Origin: Candidatus Binataceae bacterium
GTDB lineage: Bacteria > Desulfobacterota > Binatia > Binatales > Binataceae
Length of the DNA: 64,000 bases
Assembly (NCBI GenBank): GCA_963752805.1
Contig: CAVWAA010000003.1
Coordinates: 31,233-95,232, forward strand
Reading direction: 5' to 3'
The notes beneath the pieces are model-generated. The model did not search any database. It had not been told where the DNA came from and was given only the letters and a program-made list of their open reading frames with translations. The position numbers were made by a program, and so were the translations under genes. Shown in pieces: positions 11,062 through 20,756 of this stretch. Positions within the stretch are counted from its first letter, which is position 1. Each line of letters opens with the position of its first letter.

Positions 11062-11595
11062 CTATGCGCACCTCTTCTGCCGTCCGGCGTTTCGATGAGC
11101 GTGAGGACTATATCGTGATGGGCACCGGCGGCGACGCGCACGAATTCGCGTCGAGCGCCGGCCTCGTAAACTTACCCTCTGCGCTCCCTGACGACAATTA
11201 GAAGAAGGTCTGGTACGCCGCAGAGAGCGCCTGAGACCTCGCACCATCCTTAAAGTAAAAGCCTCCGCTTTGCGTTCAGCGTCAGACCAGAACACGTAAT
11301 GGCCGAGTTCATGGTAAACCGTCTGCACCCACATCCGCTCGCTATTGTAAACGCGGCACCGTTTCCAGTTTTCGGGATGTACCAGGTGGATACGGCCGTC
11401 CTCGAAGGTCCTCCCCGCAGTTCGGCCCCAATCGATGTATTCGAACCACTGAATGTGTGGGCGTTTAACCCCATAAAAGCGGCAAAAATCCGAAATTGCT
11501 CGCCTGAACATCGATGGGCGATGTCCTTGAAAATATGACGCCAGTTGGCGGTCTATTTCACGACGCTGCGCGATCGGGGGAACCAGCATTCGCAC
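11062..11595 (-). CDS. Hypothetical protein with HExxH (zincin-like) motif and Arg-rich tail
   Basis: TVYHELGHY followed by ERKAEAF. Confidence 0.6.
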   Translation of the reverse strand: MRMLVPPIAQRREIDRQLASYFQGHRPSMFRRAISDFCRFYGVKRPHIQWFEYIDWGRTAGRTFEDGRIHLVHPENWKRCRVYNSERMWVQTVYHELGHYVFWSDAERKAEAFTLRMVRGLRRSLRRTRPSSNCRQGAQRVSLRGRRSTRIRARRRRCPSRYSPHAHRNAGRQKRCA

Positions 11596-11822
11596 CGGTC
11601 AAGTCTCCAAGCTTCAGATAATAGAAATTGTCTCGAACCGTCGTCGAAATCAATCACTCAAGAGACTTGTCCGGAAAGGAATTTCAATCGAAAATGCGGT
11701 TCGACGCCGCTGCGCTTTCAGCCAACCTTAATGACGTTGGGTAGAGAAGGTTGCATTAGAAGAGCTCAACGTATCATAAGCGCCGATTGGCGAGATTATT
11801 CGCATGAGTTTGAACAAGTTGA

Positions 11823-12272
11823 TTAGCTGCCCGCCGACACAGCCCTTGGGCGTGCCCGCGATCGCAACCGGTTGGCGCTCATATGATGTGTGCGGCTGAG
11901 TTCCTTGAGGCGTAATCGTCCCATCGGACGGCGGACCGAATTTGCCAGGCCCATTGTCAGACCATGCAGTCGTGAGCGCAGCACGTCCTGATCGATCTCC
12001 AGTGCGTCGCAAACGCTGTCGAAAGAAAAGGGGTAGTTAGTCCCCCGTGTGTTGATCCATTGCGCCGCTTCGGCAAAGACCCGGCGCTTACGTGCGCTCC
12101 CAACCCGCCGCCATCCCTGCAGGACATTAATCGCATCGACCAGCACAGCTAGCATCAAGCGCTGCTCGCTGGACAGGCCGACGCTGCCAAGCGCACCGAA
12201 ATACTGGGAAGGCAGAATCACATCCATTTGGGAAAGAGTATCCGTGGCATCGGATATCGCTCGCGCCTCCAT
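11823..12272 (-). CDS. Conserved hypothetical protein (ILPSQY/RLMLAVLxDAI/PFSFxxVC family)
   Basis: Recognisable motif series; purine-rich RBS upstream of the ATG. Confidence 0.65.
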   Translation of the reverse strand: MEARAISDATDTLSQMDVILPSQYFGALGSVGLSSEQRLMLAVLVDAINVLQGWRRVGSARKRRVFAEAAQWINTRGTNYPFSFDSVCDALEIDQDVLRSRLHGLTMGLANSVRRPMGRLRLKELSRTHHMSANRLRSRARPRAVSAGS

Positions 12273-12626
12273 TTATGTTGCCCCCTTTTCCTGGTTCAGA
12301 TTCGAGCCAGGTCCGGCACCCGAGAATTTCGCCTTAAGCGTGCCTGATTGATTTAAACCATAATAAAGCGCCTATAGCAAGTTATAAAGAGTCGATCAAA
12401 ACTTGCATAAGAGAATCTAATTATGTCCTCGCTTGCGCTACTATGGCAAAACGCGACCTAGTTAGTCGCCGCTTGAATTTCAGGGGTTTCCATTCCCTGA
12501 ACTTTAGGACAGCTTATTCGGGCAGGGCTACCCTGCTATAGTAGCTGCACGATCAAGTGCCCGGGCATGAGCCGCAAAGTGTGACAGGTAAAAGCGCCGG
12601 CTCGACGCGGGCAGAGAGCATCCCCA

Positions 12627-13772
12627 ATGGAGCAGATTCAGCGCATTACCCGAAAAATCCGAATTGGCAAAGTCGAGGTCGGCGGTGATGCGCCGATTGT
12701 AGTCCAGTCAATGTGCGCGACGCGCACGACGGATATCGACGCGACCGTCGCCCAAACGCGTCAATTGGCGCGAGCGGGAGCGGGCGTGGTTCGAATTGCT
12801 GTCGACAATGAGAGGGAAGTCGCGGCCTTAAAGGAAATTCGGCGCCAAACCAGCGGAATCACCTTGTCAGTCGATTTGCAGGAGAATTATCGGATTGCCG
12901 ACAAAGTCGCTCCGTTCGTTGATAAGATTCGTTACAACCCCGGCCATCTGCACCACATCGAAAAGGCCAAGCCGATTCCTCAAAAGGTGAAATGGCTCGT
13001 CGACATCGCACGTGAACACGATTTGGCCATTAGGATCGGGGTCAATTGCGGTTCTGTAGCGCCAGCCTTCATCGAGAAATATCCGAACGACCAGTTGGCA
13101 GCGCTGGTCGAATCAGCAGCCTATCACTGCGCGCTGATGGATGAGTTCGGGTTCAAGCGCTTCGCCGTCTCTCTAAAAGACTCTGATCCGGCCAAAGTGA
13201 CAGAAGCGAATCGCCAGTTTGCCCGTCGCCGACCCGACGTGCCGATCCATCTGGGCGTGACCGAGGCAGGCTTACCACCTGATGGCATTGTCAAGACCCG
13301 TATTGCCTTTGAAAAACTCCTGGCGCAAGGGATCGGAGACACGATTCGCGTATCACTCACACTGCCCAACGAGCGCAAACACGAGGAGGTGGCGGTCGGC
13401 CATCAGATTGTCAACGATATCGAGGCAGGGCGTTTCATCTCAGTGCCAGAGTTCGGTACTGGCCTCAATATCATCTCCTGCCCGTCGTGCTCGAGGGTCG
13501 AGAATGAGCGCTTCGTCGAATTGGCGCAGCAGGTGAAGGAAATTACGTCCTATGCGTCACGCCATCGTATTACGATTGCGGTGATGGGTTGCCGGGTAAA
13601 CGGTCCGGGCGAAACCGACGATGCCGACTTGGGTCTATGGTGCGGGCCAACGACGGTCAATCTAAAAAAGAGGGAGCGTAAACTCGGCAACTTCAAATAT
13701 GACGAAGTGTTGAGCCGTTTGAAACTCGAAGTTGACCGGTTGATAGCCGCTCGCACTGCCTCAACGGTGTGA
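12627..13772 (+). CDS. ispG: (E)-4-hydroxy-3-methylbut-2-enyl-diphosphate synthase
   Basis: [51 protein letters not shown]. Confidence 0.95.
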   Translation: MEQIQRITRKIRIGKVEVGGDAPIVVQSMCATRTTDIDATVAQTRQLARAGAGVVRIAVDNEREVAALKEIRRQTSGITLSVDLQENYRIADKVAPFVDKIRYNPGHLHHIEKAKPIPQKVKWLVDIAREHDLAIRIGVNCGSVAPAFIEKYPNDQLAALVESAAYHCALMDEFGFKRFAVSLKDSDPAKVTEANRQFARRRPDVPIHLGVTEAGLPPDGIVKTRIAFEKLLAQGIGDTIRVSLTLPNERKHEEVAVGHQIVNDIEAGRFISVPEFGTGLNIISCPSCSRVENERFVELAQQVKEITSYASRHRITIAVMGCRVNGPGETDDADLGLWCGPTTVNLKKRERKLGNFKYDEVLSRLKLEVDRLIAARTASTV

Positions 13773-13779
13773 ACGAAGC

Positions 13780-14059
13780 GGGTTAGAAATTTCGTCGGCG
13801 CAATATCAGAGTAATGCCGCTTCGCTTCGGAAGAGGTCCGGAGCGCTCCAATGTAGAGAAAGGATCCCGCGAAAAAGGCGAGAAACCACGCGTAGCAGTC
13901 CATCGCGAAGACCTCAGGCAGCATATCGAAGATAGTCATTATTGCCGCCCCTGAACTGAAACCGAGCGGAAGATTAAGCCGATCGCGAAATCTAAGAGCA
14001 GTGATTCCTCCCAGCGCGGTGGATGCGAGCGTAAAAGAGGCGAGGGCCAGCAGCATCAT
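13780..14059 (-). pseudogene. Internally deleted ZIP (ZupT/GufA) metal transporter remnant
   Basis: N-terminal ZIP segment (STALGG, LGFSSG, FDMLPE) joined directly to a C-terminal ZIP segment (LAFFAGSFLYIGA); the middle is missing. Confidence 0.6.
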
Positions 14060-14128
14060 TAATGTGAGGTTAGGTATGATTCTGGCCAGATTGGCCTGGT
14101 CGCCCTTTTCGGTTGCCTGGGACTTATC

Positions 14129-14148
14129 GATAATGATAAATCATCATC
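14129..14148 (+). promoter_or_regulatory. Fur-box-like operator
   Basis: GATAATGATAAATCATCATC versus the classical Fur box GATAATGATAATCATTATC; lies between the divergent ZIP remnant and the Fur-family gene. Confidence 0.65.
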
Positions 14149-14224
14149 GCTAGGTCAATTCGGCACAGGGTAGAGGCCCTCTGCCGATGCGGGACGCACC
14201 AATTCGCACGAAGATGGAAGGCAA

Positions 14225-14749
14225 ATGATTGTCGGACCCAAATGTTTTTCCAATCATGCGATCGTGCGTGTTCCCAGTGCTACCAGGGAATCAAGATCTT
14301 TTCGCCGCAACACGCAGCAGCGCCGGGAAATCCGAGAGGTCTTCGAGCTTAGCGATCGCCCCCTCGCCGCCGATGAAGTGTTACAGCTTGCTCAGGAGAA
14401 AATCGCTAGGCTAGGTATCGCGACGGTCTATCGCACCATAAAGGCGCTGACCGACGAGGGATGGCTGGTGCCGGTCGAGGTGCCGGGAGCGTCGCCCCGT
14501 TACGAGTTGCGGGGGAAGGCTCATCACCATCATTTTCATTGCCTGAAGTGCCGGAGGCTATTTGAGCTCGTCGGTTGCGTTGAGCATCTGGGCAAAATGA
14601 TTCCCCAGACGTTCCAAGTAGTCGAACATGTCGTGCTCATATATGGCTTTTGTGCTGGCTGTCGGCGGGGGCGCAAGGTCCCGTCTCCTGCAGTTCGGTG
14701 GCCGTCTTCGAGGCGCAGGCAAGAAAGCGTTGAGCTTGCACGATGGTAG
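14225..14749 (+). CDS. Fur-family metalloregulator (Fur/Zur/Nur-like)
   Basis: TQQRREI, IATVYRTI, HHHHFHCLKC, YGFCAGC; start uncertain. Confidence 0.9.
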   Translation: MIVGPKCFSNHAIVRVPSATRESRSFRRNTQQRREIREVFELSDRPLAADEVLQLAQEKIARLGIATVYRTIKALTDEGWLVPVEVPGASPRYELRGKAHHHHFHCLKCRRLFELVGCVEHLGKMIPQTFQVVEHVVLIYGFCAGCRRGRKVPSPAVRWPSSRRRQESVELARW

Positions 14750-15075
14750 CTCGGTTTGAAAGACGCGGGCCGCTGGAACGGAGGGCGGCAAACGTTTTAG
14801 TCGCGATTTTACTGGTCGCACAGTGTCTGGCCGTTGCACACTTTCACCCGAGGCAAAGCACCTCGCTGCTATTCTTCGGACGCGCGCCAGTGTGGACAGC
14901 GGCCTGTGCGCGCTTTGCTTGTTCCACCAGTATTCACCTACGCTTTCGGCGGCGGCTCCATTTCCGTTTTCGCCTACCATGATTGACCATATTGATCTTT
15001 ATGCGGCACAATCATGGCCGCTCTATGCGTTCAATTCCTACCTCTCGGGTAGATCGCCTGCCCGCTTTGGCATAA
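14743..15075 (+). CDS. DUF2946-like small membrane protein / leader ORF (two apparent indels)
   Basis: Hydrophobic helix ending AHFH, then CALC (14907-14918) in a shifted frame, then GRSP; removing G15060 gives GRSPPALA-stop at 15073-15075. Confidence 0.6.
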
Positions 15076-15200
15076 GTCTCCTGTCTCATTTCCAGCAACG
15101 ATTCAGTTCGAAACAATTTGTCCAATGCGCCCAGAAGGGCGGGCGCGCTGTTCCGTGCAGTTATCAGCGTGGGACAATTGTCGAATGCAGAGGAACGTCT

Positions 15201-17619
15201 ATGACCCGGAGGTTGATGTCTTTAGGGCTTTGCGCCCTCCAGCTTTTGCTAATCATGCCGGCGAGCGCGGCCCCGGCAAATACCGCTTCGCAGCGGGTGG
15301 GCGGGACCATTAACGACGCTCTAGGGCGGCCGGTCGATAGAGCCGAATTGATCATTCAAACTCAAGACGGACATATCATTGCTCGCGCGAGGAGCGACCG
15401 CAGCGGTCACTTCGAATTTGCAGCTATTCGGCCGGGAACATATGCCATAGTTGCTAACAAAACAGGCTTTGCTACTGCGACGTCCATCGTGACGGTGACT
15501 ACCAGCGGCGCCAAACCGGTGGATATCTCGATGGAGGCGCAGGCCGCACTCAATATGCAGGTTGTTGCCAAGCGGCTCGACGTCGCGCGCAACGGGCTGA
15601 GTCCTGAAACCGGCAGTAGCGTCTATCGGTTCAGCGAAAAGGCAATCCAGGAGTTGCCGCAGGGCACTAACACGCAGATGAGCAACGTGTTGCTGCAGGC
15701 ACCCGGGGTTGCTCAGGACTCGTATGGAGGCCTTCACATTCGAGGCGAGCACGCCGAGATCCAGTACCGGGTGAACGGTATAGAGCTGCCCGAAGGGATT
15801 AGCGCCGGATTTTCGCAAACCTTGAGCCCTCGCTTCGCCCAGAGTATCTCGCTTCTGGAAGGAGCGCTGCCCGCCCAGTATGGCTATCACACCGCCGGGG
15901 TGGTTCAGATCCAAACTAAGAGCGGTGAAAGCCTGAGTGGCGGCAATGTCGAAATGTATGGCGGCCAACGCGGCACCCTGCAGCCGAGCTTCGAGTTGGG
16001 TGGGGCGAACGGAAACTTGAGCTATTATACGACTGGCTACTATCTGCAGAATAACCGCGGCCTGGAACCGCCGACGCCCGGCCCCGAAGCGACTCATGAC
16101 TTCGCCACCATCGGTAATGACTTCGGCTATCTGTCATATTTTTTGAACCCCACGACCCGAATCAGTCTGCTCGGCGGCTTTAATCTTTCCAATTTCGAAA
16201 TCCCGGCAAATCCAGGTCAAGCCCGGCGTTCAATCTGCGGGAGTGCCTTCTCCCTCGGCAACTGCCGGCGCTCAATCCTGCTGGTGCCTAATTTCCTCGC
16301 AGACATCCGCGAGACGCAACTTGAGCAGAATTATTATGGCGTTCTCGCTTTGCAAGGGCTCGTGGGCAAGAACCTCGACTATCAGATTGCCGCCTTTAGC
16401 CGATATTCCACTCTGTCATTCCATCCTGATCAGGCTGGCGATTTGATCTACAACGGCGTTGCTTCGCGGGTTTTCCGCGGCGACTGGGCCAACGGGCTTC
16501 AGGGCGACTTCGCCGATCGAGCCTTGGCAACACATACGATTCGCGCCGGCTATTATTTCCAGGGCGAGCGCGCCGAGATTGACAATCACGCGTTGGTCTT
16601 TCCTGGAGGGCCAGGCGTACAGACCAGTGATGAACCCGAAGCTATAGTGGACAATACCGCTTTAACCGCCTGGCTCTATGGGCTTTACCTGCAGGACGAA
16701 TGGAAACCGATTTCCAAATTGACCATAAATTATGGTGTGCGCTTCGATCTTTATGACGGCTTAACTCGCGCGGATCAGGCCAGCCCTCGGGTCGGCGCGG
16801 TCTATCAGATTTTCGAAAAAACCGCCCTGCATGCGGCCTACGCGCGTTATTTCACCCCGCCGCCGCTGGAGTCGGTATCGGGAGAGAGCGTCTTTAGATT
16901 TGTGGGCACGACCAACGAACCCGCCGTGCGGACCAACTCCAACATCGCGCCCGAGCGGGCCCATTATTTCGACGCGGGAATCACGCAGAATTTCCATACG
17001 GGCTTAAGGTGGATCTCGACAGTTACTATAAGAAATCGCGCGATCTGATCGACGAGGGTCAGTTCGGGCCAACCCTGATCTTTACTCCTTTTAACTACGA
17101 CAAAGGCCGTCAGTACGGTGTCGAGTTTACGACTTCGCTCACTCGCGAAAATCTAACTGCCTATACCAACTTCGCTTACTCTGTCGCGCAAGGCATAAAC
17201 ACGTTTCGGATCAATTCCTATTTGCCGCAGATGAGTTGGCCTTTACCAGAACTCACTACATATTCCTTGATCACGATCAGACTTTCACTGCCTCCTGGGG
17301 AGTTGCTTACAACTTTGACGGGTTTTTGTTCACACTGGATGGCTTTTATGGCAGCGGCTTGCGTACGGGCTTTGCCAACACCGGCAACCAGCCCTTCTAT
17401 ATTCAGTTTGACGCAGGCGTCGCGAAAAAGTTGATGGTTCCCAAGATAGGACACATCGAGGGACGGGTCGCGGCCGTAAATCTCGGGGATTGGATCTATC
17501 AGCTTCGTAGTGGCTCAGGCGTTGGTGTGTTTGCGCCCCAATACGGACCGCGTCGCGCCGTCGAAGGTGGTCTCAAATGGTTTTTCCCGTGGTCTACAGC
17601 GAGCGCGCTGACACAATGA
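15201..17619 (+). CDS. TonB-dependent outer-membrane receptor with N-terminal carboxypeptidase-regulatory-like domain (frameshifts near 17000 and 17220)
   Basis: Signal peptide, GGTINDALGRPV, plug LLQAPGV..HIRGEH..YRVNG, YLQDEW, INYGVRFD, SPRVG; continues across three frames. Confidence 0.88.
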
Positions 17620-17691
17620 TCACCATTAGGGGCGGCTCCCGGGCCGTTTTCTTCACGTCAGCACAAGGACTAAGGCGAGGATTTTCGTAGT

Positions 17692-18369
17692 ATGCAGGAA
17701 TTAGCTGGAGCATGGGCTGCGCTCAGGTTCGGCGGCGCGATGGTCTATCCGCTGCTGCTGCTGGGAGCGCTCGCCCTGATCATCATCGTTGACCGCGCGG
17801 TGGTCTACAGAGGGATGCTGCGCTTGCCCCGAAATCTGCTGGATTTGGTTGAAACTTTCGAATTTTCATGGAGCGAATTGGAAGCCGAACTTCTGACACT
17901 GTCGGCCGGCAATGCTTATCGGCGCTTCCTGGGAGTGATCGCCGCAAATCGGACGAAGCCGGCCTGGTGGGTGGAATCGCGCGCCGGCGACGAAGCTGGA
18001 AATATCGAAAAAACCTTGGGCCGCGGGCTCTGGTTGCTCGAAACGGTGGTAACAGGTGCACCGTTGATGGGACTCCTGGGCACAATTACCGGGATGATGC
18101 AGTCGTTCAAGGTGATCGGAGCCTCCAGTCTGGTCGCTCCCACTCAAGTCACCGCCGGCGTAGCCCAGGCGTTGATCGCAACGGCGCTCGGACTGCTGAT
18201 CGCGATCTTTGCCTTGTTTGGATTCAACTTCTTTGCCCGAATGCAATCGCATGCGGTCGACCAAATGGAGCGGCTCGGCTCGCGTTTGGTAGATCATATC
18301 CGGCTGGATCAAGAGACTGTGGCCGAAAGCCCGGCGCGAATCACTGCGGCCGCCGGCGGGACGAGATAA
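17692..18369 (+). CDS. exbB: MotA/TolQ/ExbB proton channel
   Basis: APLMGLLGTITGMM, GVAQALIATALGL. Confidence 0.9.
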   Translation: MQELAGAWAALRFGGAMVYPLLLLGALALIIIVDRAVVYRGMLRLPRNLLDLVETFEFSWSELEAELLTLSAGNAYRRFLGVIAANRTKPAWWVESRAGDEAGNIEKTLGRGLWLLETVVTGAPLMGLLGTITGMMQSFKVIGASSLVAPTQVTAGVAQALIATALGLLIAIFALFGFNFFARMQSHAVDQMERLGSRLVDHIRLDQETVAESPARITAAAGGTR

Positions 18370-18370
18370 C

Positions 18371-18772
18371 ATGAAACTTCGCCGGGGACGAGCTTATCGG
18401 CGCGGCCGCATCGAAATCATTCCGATGATTGATGTGATGTTCTTCCTGCTGGTGACTTTCATGCTCGCGTCGCTGTCGATGCAGACTCTAAACTCCATCA
18501 CGGTCAATCTGCCTCAAGGCGATGCACCCAATCTGGAGCACAAGGAGCCGGTAACCCTGACGATCACCAGGGACAGCAAGATTTTTCTGGACAAAACACC
18601 GACCACGTTGGCGACCATGGCGTTCGCGTTGAAGGCGATGCTGACCGAACACGATCCTGGAGTCGTCGTCAACGCCGACAATGCGGCGCCCGAGGGAATC
18701 GTCGTCGAGGCGATGTTGCAGGCTCGGCGGGCGGGGGTCAACCATTTCCTGATCGCAGTTAAGCGCGAATGA
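18371..18772 (+). CDS. exbD: Biopolymer transport protein ExbD
   Basis: IEIIPMIDVMFFLLVTFM, VNLP, VNAD. Confidence 0.92.
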   Translation: MKLRRGRAYRRGRIEIIPMIDVMFFLLVTFMLASLSMQTLNSITVNLPQGDAPNLEHKEPVTLTITRDSKIFLDKTPTTLATMAFALKAMLTEHDPGVVVNADNAAPEGIVVEAMLQARRAGVNHFLIAVKRE

Positions 18773-18785
18773 TTCGACGGCGCGG

Positions 18786-19511
18786 ATGACTCCGACGTAT
18801 CACATCGATGATCCGCGGCTGCGATTAGCCTGGGTCATCCCGTTTTCACTCATCCTATGGGCGGCCTTTCTGACGTTATTTGCATTATTGCTGGAAAGAA
18901 CCGCGCCGCCACCGCCGGAGCTGGCGCCGGCAGAAGTGCGAATCGTCGAATTGCCTCCAGGTTTACAAGGCGGTGCAAAGGTTCCACATCCTGCGGCCGC
19001 GCCTCCAAAACCCAAGGTGGAAGCGCCGAAGCCCAAGCCGCATATCAAAACCAGAAGAGCCGTGAGGGCGCATCCGGCAAAGTCAAAAGCACCCACGGCG
19101 CCGCTGCTCCCGCCCTCTGCTTCAGGAACGGCAAAAGAACCAACCGAGGTTGCTCCACCAGCCGGGTCTCCGTCTGCCAGCACTGAAGCTCCAAGTGCCG
19201 GAGCCGGGCAAGGTGCGGGAAGCGGCGCCGGAATTGGCAGTGATAGTAGCGGCGCACGAGCAATCTATGCACCGAAACCTGTCATCCCGGACAGTTTGCG
19301 TGAAGAAGCGTTCCAGACCGTAGCGGTCGCCAGGTTCAAGGTCACTTACGACGGTCAAGTACGCGTCACGCTGATAACCCCTACCGAGAGCCCTCAACTC
19401 AATGAGCTAGTGCTCGAGACGCTCAAGCAGTGGCGTTTCTTCCCGGCGATGAAATCCGGCGTCGCGATTGATTCGCAATTTGACTTGCGAATTCCAATCT
19501 CGGTGCAGTAA
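18786..19511 (+). CDS. tonB: Energy transducer TonB
   Basis: N-terminal TM helix, Pro/Lys-rich linker, C-terminal TonB domain (LKQWRFFPA). Confidence 0.88.
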   Translation: MTPTYHIDDPRLRLAWVIPFSLILWAAFLTLFALLLERTAPPPPELAPAEVRIVELPPGLQGGAKVPHPAAAPPKPKVEAPKPKPHIKTRRAVRAHPAKSKAPTAPLLPPSASGTAKEPTEVAPPAGSPSASTEAPSAGAGQGAGSGAGIGSDSSGARAIYAPKPVIPDSLREEAFQTVAVARFKVTYDGQVRVTLITPTESPQLNELVLETLKQWRFFPAMKSGVAIDSQFDLRIPISVQ

Positions 19512-19542
19512 TGCGCTAAAAGCGTACCCTCTTTCAAATCGA

Positions 19543-19893
19543 TCAGCCCAACGCTTTGCGGAGCTGGTCCCGGTCGAAGCCGGCGATTAGTTTGCGTCCG
19601 ATGACAGTCAATGGCCGCTTGATCAGGTTCGGTTCCTGCGCCATCAGCTTAAGCGCCTGCTCGGGCGTAAGTGTCTTGCCCTTCAAATTCAGCGTCTTAA
19701 AGGCGGGACTCTTCGGATTAATGTAATCGCGTGGGTCGGCCGCTTTGAACAGGTCTTTCAGTTCGGCTTCGTTGAGCGGCTGCTTGGCATAGTCCCGCTC
19801 GTCCAGTTCAACCGCCAATTCGTTACGCAAGAAACTTCTCGCATTACGGCATGTGGTTCAGGTGGATTTCCAGAGGAAACGCGCCTTCTTCAT
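19543..19893 (-). CDS. ArsC/Spx/YffB-family protein with in-frame UGA (putative selenocysteine, UxxC)
   Basis: ATG at 19893 reads MKKARFLWKST-TGA-TTCRNARSFL, in frame with the 19543-19830 ORF (ERDY..PL, EPNLIKRPL, IAGFD). Confidence 0.8.
19825..19844 (-). promoter_or_regulatory. Candidate bacterial SECIS hairpin
   Basis: mRNA AUGCGAGA-AGUU-UCUUGCGU: 8-bp stem with two GU pairs and a 4-nt loop with G in second position, 21 nt after the UGA. Confidence 0.6.
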
Positions 19894-20001
19894 TTTTTCA
19901 CCCACCGGTCAAGTGCCAAGACCTTCTGCTGCAGCCAGCCGAACCTGCGCTGAACTTGAATGAGTCGGCACGCCTTCAACGCGAAACTAACGCTGCCTCA
20001 T

Positions 20002-20667
20002 TTACTCGATGCTCGTATCCGGTAACGCTGCTCCCTTCGAGGCCGACGGACGGTTATAGCTACCGGGATTGTTGGCCCCAGCGTAGGGAGCCGGTCGCGG
20101 GCCACCGGCCGCGCCGACTCCAGGTGTGCGGACCGGACCTGCCCCGTTATCAATTGGATTAGTTGTGGGCGGAGTGTCAGCCCCCTGCCTTATCGTCGAT
20201 AAAGATGCACCCGGTGTGCTCGGTGTACCGTTTGACGATGGCAAGCTATTTCCGGCGGGTGAAGCCGGTGTTTGTCCGGTCTCACTTGGGCCACTGAAGT
20301 ATATGGGTTTCTCTCCCGTCATCATCTCAGGAGTCAGTACGTAATCGCCACCCAGCGAACTGCGCCAGATGCTGTCGGCTACCTGCTTGTTGCCGCCGGT
20401 GAGAGCATAGCCGGCTCCACCTGCGATGCCGCCCAGGATTCCATAGACGAGTTTGGCAGGAACGTAGACCAGGTTGCCTACGACCGCACCCGCCCCGGTA
20501 CCGACACCTTTCCAATTGACGCTCCCATCTGACGGCTGGGCAACCTGCGGTGCATCGGGAGACGACGGCTGCGATGAACTGCCGCTGCCCTGAGCCCAGG
20601 CGCTGGTTGTCAAACAAAACACCGTAATCGAGAGCGTCCGCACCAGCCAAGTCATCGTTCTCATCAT
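20002..20667 (-). CDS. Secreted/membrane hypothetical protein with Gly-rich helix and Pro/Ser-rich tail
   Basis: GGAGGAGG RBS, signal peptide ending SAWA, NLVYVPAKLVYGILGG segment. Confidence 0.7.
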   Translation of the reverse strand: MMRTMTWLVRTLSITVFCLTTSAWAQGSGSSSQPSSPDAPQVAQPSDGSVNWKGVGTGAGAVVGNLVYVPAKLVYGILGGIAGGAGYALTGGNKQVADSIWRSSLGGDYVLTPEMMTGEKPIYFSGPSETGQTPASPAGNSLPSSNGTPSTPGASLSTIRQGADTPPTTNPIDNGAGPVRTPGVGAAGGPRPAPYAGANNPGSYNRPSASKGAALPDTSIE

Positions 20668-20756
20668 ACCTCCTCCATCCTCCACCAAATCGCGCTGACT
20701 TCCAGCGCGCTGTTTAGACTTGTTTGTTGCCTCCGAAAACGTACCCAAGAAAGCTG

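Noticed and set aside
12300-12620. Possible riboswitch or sRNA upstream of ispG
   Set aside because: Only short hairpins; no known RNA family recognisable by eye. An Rfam/Infernal scan would be needed.
14823-15200. 126-aa N-terminal extension of the TonB receptor in the ORF track
   Set aside because: An RBS and signal peptide begin at 15201; the upstream part belongs to the frameshifted DUF2946-like ORF.
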